From the NCBI GenBank assembly GCA_024626585.2, contig JANKJI020000002.1, positions 265,842,475-265,859,167 on the forward strand: 16,693 nucleotides of DNA, in the 5' to 3' direction. The DNA is from Ginkgo biloba. Its lineage: Eukaryota; Plantae; Ginkgophyta. Below, in pieces: positions 1 through 9,819 of this stretch; position 1 is the first letter of the stretch; each line of letters begins with the position of its first letter. A model generated the notes under the pieces. The model worked only from the letters and a program-made list of their open reading frames with translations, ran no database searches and was not told the DNA's origin. Made by a program: the position numbers and the translations under genes.

Positions 1-1851
1 AAAACTGACATTTGGAGAAAATCGTATGGTTTTTATGCCAATTAGATCATTGATGAAGGAGAAAAATGGACAACATAGATCATAGTTAGAAGGTTAGCTT
101 GCTCAAAAGCTAATAGTTACCTCAGTCTTCAATGGGCTATTATGGCAAAGAAAGTAGTAGTAGGACTTGTCTATGCATGGGATACATGGTTCATTGAATG
201 ACTTAAAGAGCATTACATTCATTCATAGATGCTTGGGTGATCATTTTGTATGCATTCCTTAGTTGTTATTATTTGCATGGAATCCTTGAGGGGGTTTGGG
301 TGGATTGAGCTAGTTTTGTAGCCCATATTGAATTTATATTCATAGCTACAAATAAAGAAAGATGATAAGGAGGATAAAATCGCCTTAGCATATTTGTAAA
401 AAATTTATATATCCTTACAGTGGTTGAACGATGGACTGGGAGAAATTGAGAAGGTCCTTGAATACATCAAAAAGCAATGGAGGGAGATAGAATAGACAAA
501 TGACAATAGAGCATCCATCCTATGCCTCCTTGGTGGGAGTACTTAATGATAAGAGAATTGTTCCATCTTGGCCCCATCCTGGCTTCATAGAACATATTGT
601 TAGGGAATTTAAGGAAATATATTAGCCTAACATGAATTCCAAGCCTCAAAGGCTTTTAGTCATCAATCATCAATTGACTTCTCCTATCGCCCAATATAAA
701 TATTGTGTAAGGAATAAAGTATATTTTTCCACTACACCTCATAACCTTGCATGATCATCATCGAACCTACGAGTGATCATATTCCTTGGAACACAGGAAA
801 GATCAATGTCCAACAAAAATGGAAAAGGGAAGTTCACTTATTAGACCTCCAAGAAGTAATCATCAAAGGATTGATATTCTTCCTAGGTCCATGAAATGAC
901 AAAGTGAAAATGCTCAAGATCCTACTCCTCATCTCAAGAACACTCTACTAATGAAAGGGAGGGAGATCATATGGGAACAACTAATACATAAACTCCATAA
1001 ATGACCAAGGAAACCACAATGCCACTAATAGGTGAATATGGAAAGGGGATTCAAAACATAAGAGAAACTAAGATGAATCAGAGGCAAGATAAGTCAAAAG
1101 AACACTAAGTAGACCCAGGTGCACCTCTCTCTTCCACTACTTCTAGTAATTCTAAAATAATTATGCCTTCTACTCCCAATACTTGTCAAGGTGTTATTGT
1201 CATAGTGTCTCTAGGTGTGTCACCTTTGACTGCCAATCCTTCTACCTCACTTCAAGATGTAACCATAAAAATTTCCCTAACCCATTAGTGTCATCACATG
1301 TCTGAAATAGATCCAAATATATAGTCCATAGTAGCCATAGTTCCATCCCCTACCTTAAAAAAGTTAAAGAAAAGTTGAAGGGGAATTTCAACCCCTTGGT
1401 ATAAATCTCTAATGACACTCTAAACACTAAAGTTGTTGGTCATATCATCACTGGTACATCTCAAGAGAAAACAACTAGAGCAAAAGAATTAGAATAGGAG
1501 TTGATTCTTCAAGCCAATCAAGCTAAAAAAGAACAAGCCTTGTTGAATGAAATGATTTCTTTGTGGTTATCAAAAATTGACAAGTTGGATGCTTTGCCTT
1601 TATAGGAATAGTCTACAGTAGTTGAATAAGTTTTAGTTCATCTTTGGTCTCATGTGCATCTGATCAAATAGAATTTCCTAACTTTGAAATAGGCCCCCTA
1701 TCCTCCTCCAAAGGTACAAAATTAAATAGCCACTCTTAAAACAGAGGTGTCTCAGCTTAGGGAGCAATGTCATGCCTTGGAGAAATAGATTGATCATGAA
1801 GAAAGTGTCATGAATGAGTTACATATGGAGATCAAATAGAAGGACCTAGAT
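1..1851 (+). mobile_element. Decayed accessory ORF of an LTR retrotransposon (plant mobile domain/Transposase_32-like part, low-complexity linker, C-terminal coiled coil)
   Basis: Frame 1 reads KTDIWRKSYGFYAN*IIDEGEKWTT*IIVRRLACSKANSYLSLQWAIMAKKVVVGLVYAWDTWFIE*LKEHYIHS*MLG*SFCMHSLVVIICMESL. An S/T/P-rich stretch follows (~1120-1350), then heptad-like IATLKTEVSQLREQCHALEK*IDHEESVMNELHMEIK*KDLD. Many in-frame TAG. Family assignment is from remembered resemblance. Confidence 0.55.
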
Positions 1852-1951
1852 NNNNNNNNNNNNNNNNNNNNNNNNNNNNNNNNNNNNNNNNNNNNNNNNN
1901 NNNNNNNNNNNNNNNNNNNNNNNNNNNNNNNNNNNNNNNNNNNNNNNNNNN

Positions 1952-3144
1952 CTATAACATATCTTCCATTGTCCCCTATAATTTAGATTTTGCATCCTTC
2001 AACCTCTGAACTTCTTTTTGCAATGCTAAATTTTCATGCTTACGCTCTAATTCAACTACCCTACATTCGATTACTCTACATCCTTCAACCTTTGAACTTC
2101 TTTTTACAATGCTAAGTTTTCACATTTAGACTCTAATTCAACTGCCCTGTAGTCAATTTCTCTCACCTGGAGTTGCTCCCTCNNNNNNNNNNNNNNNNNN
2201 NNNNNNNNNNNNNGTCAATTCATGATTAACTGCCTTATAAAGGTTTATGCTTATCTCTAGAAGTAGCCTTGCTTCCATTTCTTCTAACTAGGGAGGTTCG
2301 TCCACAATTGAGACGTGTGGCAAATTGCTTCCTTTTTCTGTCCCTTGCACTTTCACTTGGGATGCAAGTGGGACATTCATTTGCACTTAAGGTGCAAGTG
2401 AAGTGCCTTCTTAAGCTTCTGATATCACATGTGCATTCAAACAAAAATTAACAAGTAATTGAATCAGTGCGAGGTGGAATACTTATTTTACCTTCTTCTC
2501 CTTCTAGGCCATCAAATTATGATCAATAGACTCGTACAAAAATTGGGCAATGTCCACCTCTCTCCCAGCCTTCCAAAAGGTCATGAATCTAAAATGTAGG
2601 GTGAATGTGTAAGATAAGTGCTTCTTCATCAACAAGCATTTAGAAATGATAGAGGCCATATCAATCTAGGGTGGCAATATTACTTTTGTAAAAACTCCTT
2701 TATTCATATCAACTCTAATAGAGGGGTATTGATTGAAAAACTCGTTCACCAACCTTGCAAATTCCTCCATTGATCTCTTCTCCCAAACTTATCCTATCAT
2801 TGGAACTTGGGTCATGGATGCAACTAATGCTTTAGTCAATCAAATTTGAGTCCCTTGCACTCTAGTAACCATGCGCTTATAATTGTGCACAAATTCAATC
2901 AATTGCANNNNNNNNNNNNNNNNNNAAAGGCATTGTAACAAAATTCGTACATGTGGATCACTCTTAGCAACACGTACATTCTAGGGTTCCTTTTGATAAC
3001 TTTCCTCATATTCATCTCCCACCATGTATGCAAATGTTGGAGGTACCATTGAACCACCAAAGTGGGTTGTTCCTCTTCGATCATGGTTGCCCTAAATTCT
3101 TGGCAAGTAGCCTCTGAGTCAAATGAGCTTGTGCCTCCTTCCAT
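1952..3144 (-). mobile_element. Decayed accessory ORF of a Ty3/gypsy (Tat/Ogre-type) LTR retrotransposon: Transposase_32-like domain plus coiled coil
   Basis: One minus frame from 2905 to 2214: QLIEFVHNYKRMVTRVQGTQI*LTKALVASMTQVPMIG*VWEKR...LPP*IDMASIISKCLLMKKHLSYTFTLHFRFMTFWKAGREVDIAQFLYESIDHNLMA*KEKKVK*VFHLALIQLLVNFCL. This follows the pattern EF..V.G..I.LT...IA..T.LP..GE.W..LP.PW..HFR...HH.LI.LLV of gymnosperm retroelement extra ORFs. ORF 2899-3144 is the likely N-terminus; 1952-2182 is the coiled-coil tail. Confidence 0.65.
1993..2150. repeat. Imperfect tandem duplication, 86-bp period
   Basis: catccttcaacc(t/c)tgaacttcttttt...ctctaattcaact begins at 1993 and again at 2079; ctctaattcaact occurs at 2045 and 2131. 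Confidence 0.9.
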
Positions 3145-3481
3145 TGTGCTTAAATACTTATTGCGTTGTCGCTACAAAAACTTGCTCTTGCTAGTTTCAC
3201 TAGTTCGCATGGCTTCATTGATTTGTTGAAGTGCATAGTGCTTTGCTTTTTCTTTTAAAATCTTGTGCATGCATCCTCCCTAGCCAAACTTTGTCATCTC
3301 TATATGACACGAGTNNNNNNNNNNNNNNNNNNNNNNNNNNNNNNNNNNNNNNNNNNNNNNNNNNNNNNNNNNNNNNNNNNNNNNNNNNNNNNNNNNNNNN
3401 NNNNNNNNNNNNNNTTGCCCCAAAGGATACAAAAAGATTGGGAAAACAAAGCTAATGATGGGGACAAATTAAACCCCATCA

Positions 3482-3537
3482 ATATGTGTGTGTGTGCGCG
3501 TGCATATATACATACATGCATGTGTGCACGCACATGT
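3482..3537. repeat. Compound (TG/CG/TA/CA) microsatellite with strict purine-pyrimidine alternation
   Basis: atatgtgtgtgtgtgcgcgtgcatatatacatacatgcatgtgtgcacgcacatgt: 56 nt of unbroken R/Y alternation. Confidence 0.9.
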
Positions 3538-4082
3538 TTTTGTGTGTTTGTAATCACATGACACACAATTACATATACTTCAACTCATTCAAGTTTGAAG
3601 TGGAATCACTCCAACACATCAGACCCTTCACTAAAGGATTATTATCCCTTAAAAATGTGATTTTGAATGATTTGAGGGTGGCGAGTTAAAATTAATTTCA
3701 TGCCTAGTTAAAGCAATAGTTAAATACTATCATTGCATTGAATTTAATGATCACTTTCTTTACAAATTCGAGGGATAGTTATGGGCACTAATTTACCATT
3801 ATGTTTGCTTTACTCATAAGCCACATAAAAACTAGTTTGATAGTTAATTAGTCTTTAAACAACTCGCAAATGATGCCTTTCACAATTTGGTAATGATTGA
3901 TTATATCCTCATATCTTTTCTTCAACACTTGTAAACCAATGCATCTAAGAAAAACATGAAAAGCAAGCATGCAATACATTAAGAGCCCATATGTATTCTA
4001 TAAATCAAATACTTTTTAAAGGTTCAAACTTTGTTTCCACTTGGATAATATGCCACTAAATTCCATTATACAAAATAAAATA

Positions 4083-4130
4083 TCTACTAAGACATCCATT
4101 TTTATTTCTACTAAGACATCCATTTTTATT
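4083..4130. repeat. Perfect 24-bp tandem duplication
   Basis: tctactaagacatccatttttatt twice (4083-4106, 4107-4130). Confidence 0.95.
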
Positions 4131-4499
4131 TAGCACTTTGCACACACCAAAATGCATCATTCATCGCAAATGAATTCATCAAACCAATCACCTTCATAAA
4201 AAATAATAATAATTCAAAACTTGTTAATTGGAGGCTTAAAGGCAAAGGATTCGGGTATACATTTATTTCCATAAGACATTTTTCAAAAGGCAATATATAG
4301 TAGTAAACCTTGTCTTTTCAAATCTTTCAAAACAAATGCACCAAGAAAGATTCCCATTCAATATTTATNNNNNNNNNNNNNNNNNNNNNNNATGCAAAGA
4401 CAAGGATGCTTAACCTAAGGGACAATCTACAAACCATATTTCAACTATCCCAACAAGAAGTCAATTTTAAACAAGTTCCTTGGGCTTCTTATTTTAATT

Positions 4500-4990
4500 A
4501 AATTGGAAAAAAAAATATTTAGTATGTACGTAGAATAATTAGGAAGCAATGGTGAATCATAAATTAATTCAAATTCATTATGATATTAAAGCCCCCTTAC
4601 TAATCTCTTTCAAAAATGAGTCCTCTATTATTGAGCCAATTTTAATCACTACCATTGTTCTTTACAAATTTCTAAGTTAAATGATTCTCTATTTTTTCAT
4701 CAAAATCATTGATTAGGATGATAATCAAATACTTTGGAAGAATTTTGTATGCTTCAAATAAAAACACATCTTCCTAGATATAGTTCATTATAATATTATT
4801 AATGCTTTAAACTATATTATAATGAACCCTATAAATCCCTCAAAAAATACATAAACCAATTCTTGTTAGACAACTATTTTGTAGGCACATGGGATACTTC
4901 TAAAACATGAATCTATATGTTTGCTTAACAAATATATTATGCCTTTAACAAAAGTACCATCTATAAGACTCAACATTATTAATCTACCAA
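4500..4990 (-). mobile_element. Possible very old Ty3/gypsy integrase remnant
   Basis: Minus-strand pieces IPCAYKIVV*QELVYVFFEG and YHP occur in the order and rough spacing of the rve core (IPC...A.LFF...YHPQTDG). Heavily frameshifted; boundaries are approximate. Confidence 0.3.
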
Positions 4991-5108
4991 TTGAAAAAAA
5001 TTAAATTCCCACTCAATTTCAGCTTATTTGTGCTTATGGTGGAATCACCTAAGATTATTTTATTTTTCAACGAGTTGAATTTAATTTTATCATTGGCTAA
5101 ACTGATAC

Positions 5109-6494
5109 CAAATCCAAATGATGTACTTCAATGCACCTAAGTACACAAATAATACAACATACCTCAAGCAAATGAATCTTTACATGATTACCATGGAATA
5201 GTGAGTGAAAATACCTCAAGTACTTGCTCCTTAGTTGGCTTGAAATTGATATTGCTAAGGTTCCTCCTTAGGGAAGCCAATCTTGCAAAAGTGTACAAAC
5301 AAATACAACAAGACTAGATATGCTATAAAAATAACATTAGGGTTGACTTACGAGATCCAATTCCATAAACAAAAAATCCTCAACCTTGGAAAGCAATATG
5401 GAAAAATAAACAAAAACAAGTTTGATATTAAATTTGAGTATTTCCATGCCTTGATTGTTTGACGCTATGAATAAAAGGGCATTGGAACTGAATTGTTTAA
5501 AAACTGCAACTGAACATAAATTCAAGCCTCCCTAATTGCCATCTTCACATCCTCGTATTGGTGTCGCATTTAGGATTTTCTCCATACTTATCCCTTGCAG
5601 ACAAGCGCCAAAAAACCCATACAACCTTGGTTATAGCTCAAACAATCATGGGATTTGGCCACAAAGTGACTCGATAAAAAAGTTTTTATAAGCAACTTCA
5701 CCATACTATGATATGAAAAAGACTATTGGAACATGGTTATTTAATGCCTGAAACAAAAAATGTCTTAACATAAGCTATTCAAGCCTTGATCAAGAGGATA
5801 TTATATTACTAATACTTCCTAGGACCAAAACATTCAAACATCACTTCAACATATTAACAACAAGCAAATTTACAAATAAGGGGGAGCTACCACATAAAGA
5901 AAACAACAGGCCATTGTAACCATTGCCTTCAATATGCTAGAGAAGATATTTTTCAAGCTGTAACTCGGTAGTCGATCTCCAAAAGTGATTTTCCCAAAAC
6001 TTCTTAATACTATTAGTAATATATTTATATTTAGGCATAGCTTGGACATTTTTGCGTTATTATATCACTAATATTTGATCAAGTTGCCATCAATTTACAA
6101 AATGAAATCAAACATTTACTCCTTTTGCAACTCTACGAGGGCTAGACAACACAGGTCACCTCGAAGTGAAAAAACAAAACCTTGAAACCAACCAGAACAA
6201 GTTACAAAGTTTTGTATATTGAACAAAGTTTCCAATACTTCACCAGTTTACATCATCTGCTAAGGAACACTGTTGCTCATCCATTCTCAACTAGCTGCCT
6301 CTCCAATGGAGAAATTTTGATCTATATACACCAAGTACATCTGTTGCCCCAAATCTAGCCCTTGGCCAGTAAGAATCCTAAGTGGATGTCACCTACCTCT
6401 ATTCATTTTAAGACCTTATCATAATTTGTCTCCTAATGCCCTCAGAGCACACCAATCAAGATCCCACTTTAGGAGCATACCAATACATATCCAC
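5109..6494 (-). pseudogene. Decayed intron-containing gene fragment of unknown product (five exon-like blocks)
   Basis: Blocks 6494-6244, 6159-6120, 5594-5528, 5282-5215 and 5136-5109 are separated by T-rich introns, including GT..AG introns of 84 nt (6243-6160) and 78 nt (5214-5137). Best frame: VDMYWYAPKVGS*LVCSEGIRRQIMIRS*NE*R*VTST*DSYWPRARFGATDVLGVYRSKFLHWRGS*LRMDEQQCSLADDVNW*PVLSSPRRVAKGGISMEKILNATPIRGCEDGN*GGLASLRRNLSNINFKPTKEQVLEVH*STSFGF. The model needs two TGCAA acceptors to be former TGCAG, one GC donor and one eroded acceptor. Confidence 0.6.
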
Positions 6495-7034
6495 ATACGA
6501 CAAAAATTGATTTGAAGCAATGAGTATTTGCAAAACTCCTAAGTTTATACCACAACTGCAACCTTACAATACGCTTTACATCAACAGATATTGCAGCTAC
6601 ATAATTCAAAATGTGAAAAAGCCTTTACTGCTAAATCTAAACAGAGGTAGCAAGTCATTCATACATAAACCAGAATATAAAAATCTCCAAAACCTTCAAA
6701 ACGGGTTTCAAAAGGCAAAAACAACGGAAAAAAATCTTCTATGTAGTTAGCTTCGCATATTGCTACTTGGCATAGGTTCAAGTATGTGATGCTAAAAGCA
6801 ACATACTTAAACTGCCCCAGTTACATTAGAATTCCAGCAAGGTATGCGTAAACTGCCCCACATAAATCATAAGTTGGGGCAAAGTATCAATCATAAAGTC
6901 CCCCCCTTGAACGTTAAAATGTCAAAATTTGCCTNNNNNNNNNNNNNNNNNNNNNNNNNNNNNNNNNNNNNNNNNNNNNNNNNNNNNNNNNNNNNNNNNN
7001 NNNNNNNNNNNNNNNNNNNNNNNNNNNNNNNNNN

Positions 7035-7900
7035 AAGAGAGGCTCATATGGGTCGACAAAGTTAGACCTCTCAACTTGGTTGTTCCTAAAGAAGAACGAC
7101 ATTCAGGTCTCCCCTAAACTTATTCACTCCTTAGGAGAATGGGGAATGAAATCACAACCTTAAAGAGACAAGTCTGAGAACAAAGCAATAAGAAGGTCAC
7201 TTTCCTACATAGGCTCAAAGACGAACCTTCTACCTCTAACCATGAAGTGACATATGATGATTATGATGACTTGGCTGTAAACGAACAAGACACCAGGTTG
7301 AAGAGATTGATCGAGCAAGAGCTAGAGTTAGATGAATTTTTGGTAGACCTCAATATGATGAGCTACGATGTGGAGGAGTTTGATCTTGATAAAGTAGAAT
7401 TGGTGGCGCAAACCATATCTCAAGTTGCTAAGGACGAAGGCAGGAACACTCCATTCCAAGCGATTAGTACGTCTTGTAATCGGCCTTTTTAAATCTCAAC
7501 TAATCGAAAGGCAAATAACCCTCAAAGGGAAATTCCTGCCCACAAGCCACCCCCTAAAGTGGATTTCTCTTCTGATAAAGTTGCTTCAGCCCCTGACTAT
7601 GTTGATCATTGGAAAGTGTTTGAAGATGATGATTAAATTCTTTGGTTCTTGTGAAATGAAGAAGAGTTCAAAAATTGTTGTTGTGAAGACCAATCATCAG
7701 TGAGCCAACCAGAAGAAGAAAGAGTAATCCAGTTAAGAACTAACAAGATACTGAGAGATCTCATGATTCTTGAATCCTTATTTGACCAGTATGATATACA
7801 CCAACAAGTTCTAAAAGCTAAAGAATTATCAAAGAGGCTTGTGCAAGAGATGGTTCAGTTTAATATCAGATCGATTAAAAATACTAAAAATATAATAGTA
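7035..7900 (+). mobile_element. Ty3/gypsy Tat-lineage pol fragment (linker immediately upstream of RT), decayed
   Basis: One frame through ORFs 7247 and 7700 with three internal stops: ...APDYVDHWKVFEDDD*ILWFL*NEEEF...VIQLRTNKILRDLMILESLFDQYD...FNIRSIKNTKNI. It matches the remembered gymnosperm Tat motifs PDN..HW.VFEDD.QI..FL, IQLK.N.IPKGLV.LE.LFD..D and NIG..E.PK.I. Confidence 0.75.
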
Positions 7901-8410
7901 GTCACATAATCAATTCACATAGATAAAATGAAAAATAATACTTTAATTATTCTCAAGATGGATGTAAGAAATGCCTATAACACATTTGAGTAGGATTACA
8001 TCCTAACCATACTAATATGCAAAGGTCTCTCTTGGTCAAATTTGAGGTGGTTCAAGGGTCTCCTCAAAACCACTAATTTTAATGTGTCCTTAAACATAAT
8101 ATTAATTTATACCCCTTATACATCTAAGGACATCAGGAAAGGATGCCTCCTTCCATTATACCTATACATGATAGTATAATAGGGGTTCTCTTTCCTATTA
8201 GAGTGGCTTAAAGAAGTAGATATGTTAGAAACAATTATAGTAGATGACAAAATTCAAGTAATGACTCGCTCGTTATTTGTTGATGACATAGATTTATTAG
8301 ATATCCCTAGAATATGATAGATTATTATGTGGTACTAGACTCTAATAAATTATGCCTTTATATAAGAAAAATAAATCAATAAAGGAAAGTTAGAATTATC
8401 CATATGGGGT
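7885..8410 (+). mobile_element. LINE (L1-clade) ORF2 reverse transcriptase fragment, decayed
   Basis: NIIVVT*SIH..IILKMDVRNAYNTFE*DYI..TSKDIRKGCLLPLYLYMIV..MTRSLFVDDIDLL..INKGKLE corresponds to the L1 RT motifs KLDMEKAYDRVEW, RGLRQGCPLSPYLF, HSLFADD and INKGKS, in order and in one frame. Confidence 0.85.
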
Positions 8411-8514
8411 AACCATGAATATAAATGACAAGAAATATAGTATCTAAATATCCAGTTAAAATAAGATTGCAACATGTAGCAGTGCATTGCTTGGTCCATG
8501 TCATGCACTGCCAT

Positions 8515-8607
8515 TTATCTACGTCCATGGGCACGTTGCATATCATATGCTCCCCAAGGGGCGGCTCCAGCTCCATACTGGGCACCACCTTCTGCACCAC
8601 CTTGAAC
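8515..8607 (-). CDS. FLXL1: FLX-like protein, last coding exon
   Basis: Acceptor TTTTTTTCAG|GTT; reads VQGGAEGGAQYGAGAAPWGAYDMQRAHGRR* (TAA at 8517-8515). The WGAYD C-terminus is typical of FLX-like proteins. The paralog number is uncertain. Confidence 0.85.
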   Translation of the reverse strand, partial: VQGGAEGGAQYGAGAAPWGAYDMQRAHGRR

Positions 8608-8609
8608 CT

Positions 8610-8786
8610 GAAAAAAATTATTCTTCGTTCATCTATATATGTTTTACAAGAGAAGTAAACCTCTAGTGCTTGGATGAAAGCCTCCAAAGACTCTACATCC
8701 ATTCTTCCACCAAACACCTTAATATCCACCTTTGACTCTACTCGAAAAGGGTTTTATGCTATGGATCCATGTGTAGATAAGGATCC
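8610..8786 (-). mobile_element. Ty3/gypsy gag fragment inside the last FLX-like intron
   Basis: NPFRVESKVDIKVFGGRMDVESLEAFIQALEVYFSCKTYIDERRIIF resembles the gag pattern PFKVEAKVDI..YDG..D.E.LD.W...LE.YF........K..FARLKL. Confidence 0.75.
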
Positions 8787-8796
8787 NNNNNNNNNN

Positions 8797-8832
8797 TCTC
8801 TGCATTGCCATAGTTCCCACCATATGCTCCAC
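8797..8832 (-). CDS. FLXL1: FLX-like protein, coding exon 3 (3' part lost in N gap 8787-8796)
   Basis: Acceptor TTTCTTCAG|GT is phase-compatible with the previous exon (CCA G|GT); reads GGAYGGNYGNAE, matching the family GxYGxxYGNPE motif. Confidence 0.85.
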
Positions 8833-9016
8833 CTGAAGAAATTCCACAGGGGAAATTGAACTGTCAGACTCACATAAAATATACACACATGTAAAGTGGA
8901 ATAATATCAAGGATCAACAAAAGACTTAAAAGCCAGACGTAGTTAACCTATATAAGCTGTGAGAGGATATACATCAAAATAAAATGGAACCTAAACATAA
9001 GATTACTGGTGTATAC

Positions 9017-9171
9017 CTGGGTTTCCAGCACCACGACCTCTCTTGTCAGAATTTGCAAGCTCTGCACGGAGTTTCTCCACTTCACGAGCCATTGAAATCA
9101 AGTTCTTCTCCATAGCCTGACTCTGCTCAAGTTGCTCAGTGTGTGCCTTCTTTTCGTACTCAATTGCAGTC
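9017..9171 (-). CDS. FLXL1: FLX-like protein, coding exon 2 (coiled coil)
   Basis: TTGCAG|G acceptor and G|GTATAC donor; reads (R)[52 protein letters not shown], with the FLX hallmark AIEYEKK...[19 protein letters not shown]. Confidence 0.92.
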
Positions 9172-9819
9172 CTGCAATATTGAATTGAAGAACAGGCAAA
9201 AACAAATATTCTACCACATGAGCATTTTGAGACATTTTCTTTCCTCCAGCAAAAGGATAGGCAATTCACAAAAGGTTGCTTTAAATTACAAGNNNNNNNN
9301 NNNNNNNNNNNNNNNNNNNNNNNNNNNNNNNNNNNNNNNNNNNNNNNNNNNNNNNNNNNNNNNNNNNNNNNNNNNNNNNNNNNNNNNNNNNNATTTCGTC
9401 AAACACTTGACGCATTGACTAAACAAAAAAATAATGCACTTAAAAAACCCAGCCCTCTTAACTACTGGTCACATGCACTCTTCAAGTGACCAAAACTTAG
9501 TGCTTAATCCAAAAACATAACAAAAGGACGAATTTCAAATTTATTTATAAGATAATTAATTTTTTTATTTTTTTAATCAACCTTTGAAAAAAATTCTCAT
9601 CGATTTCTCTGATTATTTTTCTCTTCGCCTCGCTACAAACTCCGGTTGTGCACCTAGGCATAACTTTTGTGACTCCTACTAGCCTTCTCATCTTTCTACA
9701 TCATCTAGACTCCTTCCATTCATCCATGTTTTGATTTTCCTCAATATTTTTAAGTCCATAAAATCTAGCATGACCTTCTGCAACAATATTCTCTCTTGTT
9801 GGATTTGTCCTCTGCAAGC

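Noticed and set aside
3231-3689. Cluster of ORFs over the N gap and microsatellite
   Set aside because: Open only because of Ns and dinucleotide repeats.
4083-4130. 24-bp direct repeat as a CRISPR-like array
   Set aside because: Two adjacent copies with no spacer in a eukaryotic context; a simple slippage duplication.
5109-5282. Resemblance of an alternative frame (ISISSQL…CIEVHHL) to strawberry-notch/FORGETTER1
   Set aside because: Spacing does not match and flanking helicase motifs are absent.
6741-6934. Repeated aaactgcccca, inverted ttggggca and a minus-strand G-run resembling a polypurine tract/LTR edge
   Set aside because: Probably a retroelement end, but there is no second LTR, PBS or target-site duplication to confirm it before the gap.
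8376-8729. 117-aa ORF as a standalone gene
   Set aside because: It is a gag fragment read through the FLX-like last exon in the wrong frame, then UTR and antisense LINE.
9003-9269. 88-aa ORF as a complete protein
   Set aside because: Only 9171-9017 is exon; the flanks are intron bounded by clear AG and GT sites.
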